A stretch of DNA of 64,000 nt. It comes from Antedon mediterranea. Its lineage: Eukaryota; Animalia; Echinodermata. The stretch lies in NCBI RefSeq assembly GCF_964355755.1, contig NC_092670.1:29810388-29874387 (forward strand), in the 5' to 3' direction. The translations under genes were made by a program, and so were the position numbers. The notes under the pieces are model-generated. The model made no database searches, had not been told where the DNA came from, and saw nothing but the letters and a program-made list of their open reading frames with translations. Positions 62,999 through 64,000 of this stretch are shown piece after piece. How positions within the stretch are numbered: position 1 is the stretch's first letter; the number at the start of each line of letters is the position of its first letter.

Positions 62999-63814
62999 AG
63001 ACACGTTTCGCGCTCGCGAGGTCACCGTTAGTTTGACCTTTTAGTGGGTATACAATGGTAAACAAACACAGCGAGAGGTATGTTAAAGCATGGTAGAACT
63101 GAGAGATGATCATCTTAAAAAGCAATCGTCAAAACTAGCCTTTTGATGGAATAGCATGGTAAGGATGTTATTTATTTTCTAAACTTATGTTTTATATTCA
63201 CTGTAGAATTATTTGGGCATTTGGTTCGGAATCATCGACTTTATTTATAATAATGTATTGTCATTTTTGGTTTGACACACAGGCCTATATATTATTACGG
63301 TGCATTTAATACATGTTAACTGTTGATTTTATTTACAAATGTTGCGTAAATATATTAATTATTATCTTTCATTCTTCTTCCTGCTCCTATTGCATCTTCC
63401 ATGTATTATGTGATGTTCTTCGGCGCTTAAACAGACACCCAAGCCTCCTAGGCCTAGCTAGTAGACGAAGTACCGCATCAGGCAACGCCACCGGGCGGGC
63501 GGAGAGACACGAGCACATCATGGACGTACCTTTCCTTGAAAAATTTCCAAAATTTTGCGCCACTATCCTTCGGAGCCGAAGCAAACCACTCAGCAAGTGT
63601 TTGAAAATTAAAAACAGGAATATTATTCAGTGATTTTGTGTAGTTAAATTCACGATTTATCCAACATATACAACATTTATGATGCACCTTGCAACAAAAG
63701 CACTCGGCAGTCGCCATTTCGCTATGCTTCAACACGCACTAGGCGAAAGGTGTTCGGTTTGTTTACAAATCTATACCCACTATTTCTGATTGGTCGCGAG
63801 CGAGAAACGTGTCT
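62999..63814 (-). mobile_element. ISL2EU-like deleted DNA transposon
   Basis: TIR AGACACGTTTC(G/T)CGCTCGCGA with AT on both flanks. Internal minus-strand ORF remnant ...IPVFNF...KFFKERYVHDV. Confidence 0.6.
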
Positions 63815-64000
63815 ATTAAATGAACATTGTACAGTAGCATTTATTTATAAGCACCATTTATTCTATATATTCTAAACATAGTTTGTTTATGAAAAAGTTT
63901 CGACACTGGAACTAACTACAACACCACTACGCCAACCAAATGAAAGCACTCAGAAACTGAAAAAGTGTAGAACGTGACAAAATATATCAGAGAAAACTAT

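Overview
AT-rich, intron-rich animal genomic DNA (most likely a marine invertebrate; this is an inference). Two convergent multi-exon genes could be spliced by hand with consistent exon phases. (1) A formin-like FMNL-subfamily gene on the + strand: 27 coding exons from 8503 to 50601, about 1091 aa, with GBD/FH3, coiled coil, FH1, FH2 and DAD domains. Its first exon is an atypical candidate. It also has a candidate 21-nt microexon and a candidate alternative last exon. (2) A TMEM106-family gene on the - strand: 7 coding exons from 60718 to 56948, 270 aa. The introns and flanks carry many mobile elements: a deleted Sola2-like transposon with ~700-bp TIRs and a nested tRNA-SINE; two non-autonomous relatives of it, one holding a five-unit palindromic tandem array; Harbinger-, Kolobok-, Academ-, Tc1/pogo-, hAT-, MULE/foldback- and ISL2EU-like TIR elements; a Helentron-type element; a decayed RTE LINE; and 5S-rRNA-headed SINEs. 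Comparing paralogous copies shows TA-to-TACAGTA insertions that look like transposon excision footprints. No CRISPR array or prokaryotic system is present. Most ORFs in the supplied track are spurious. All family assignments are from recalled motifs, not database searches.
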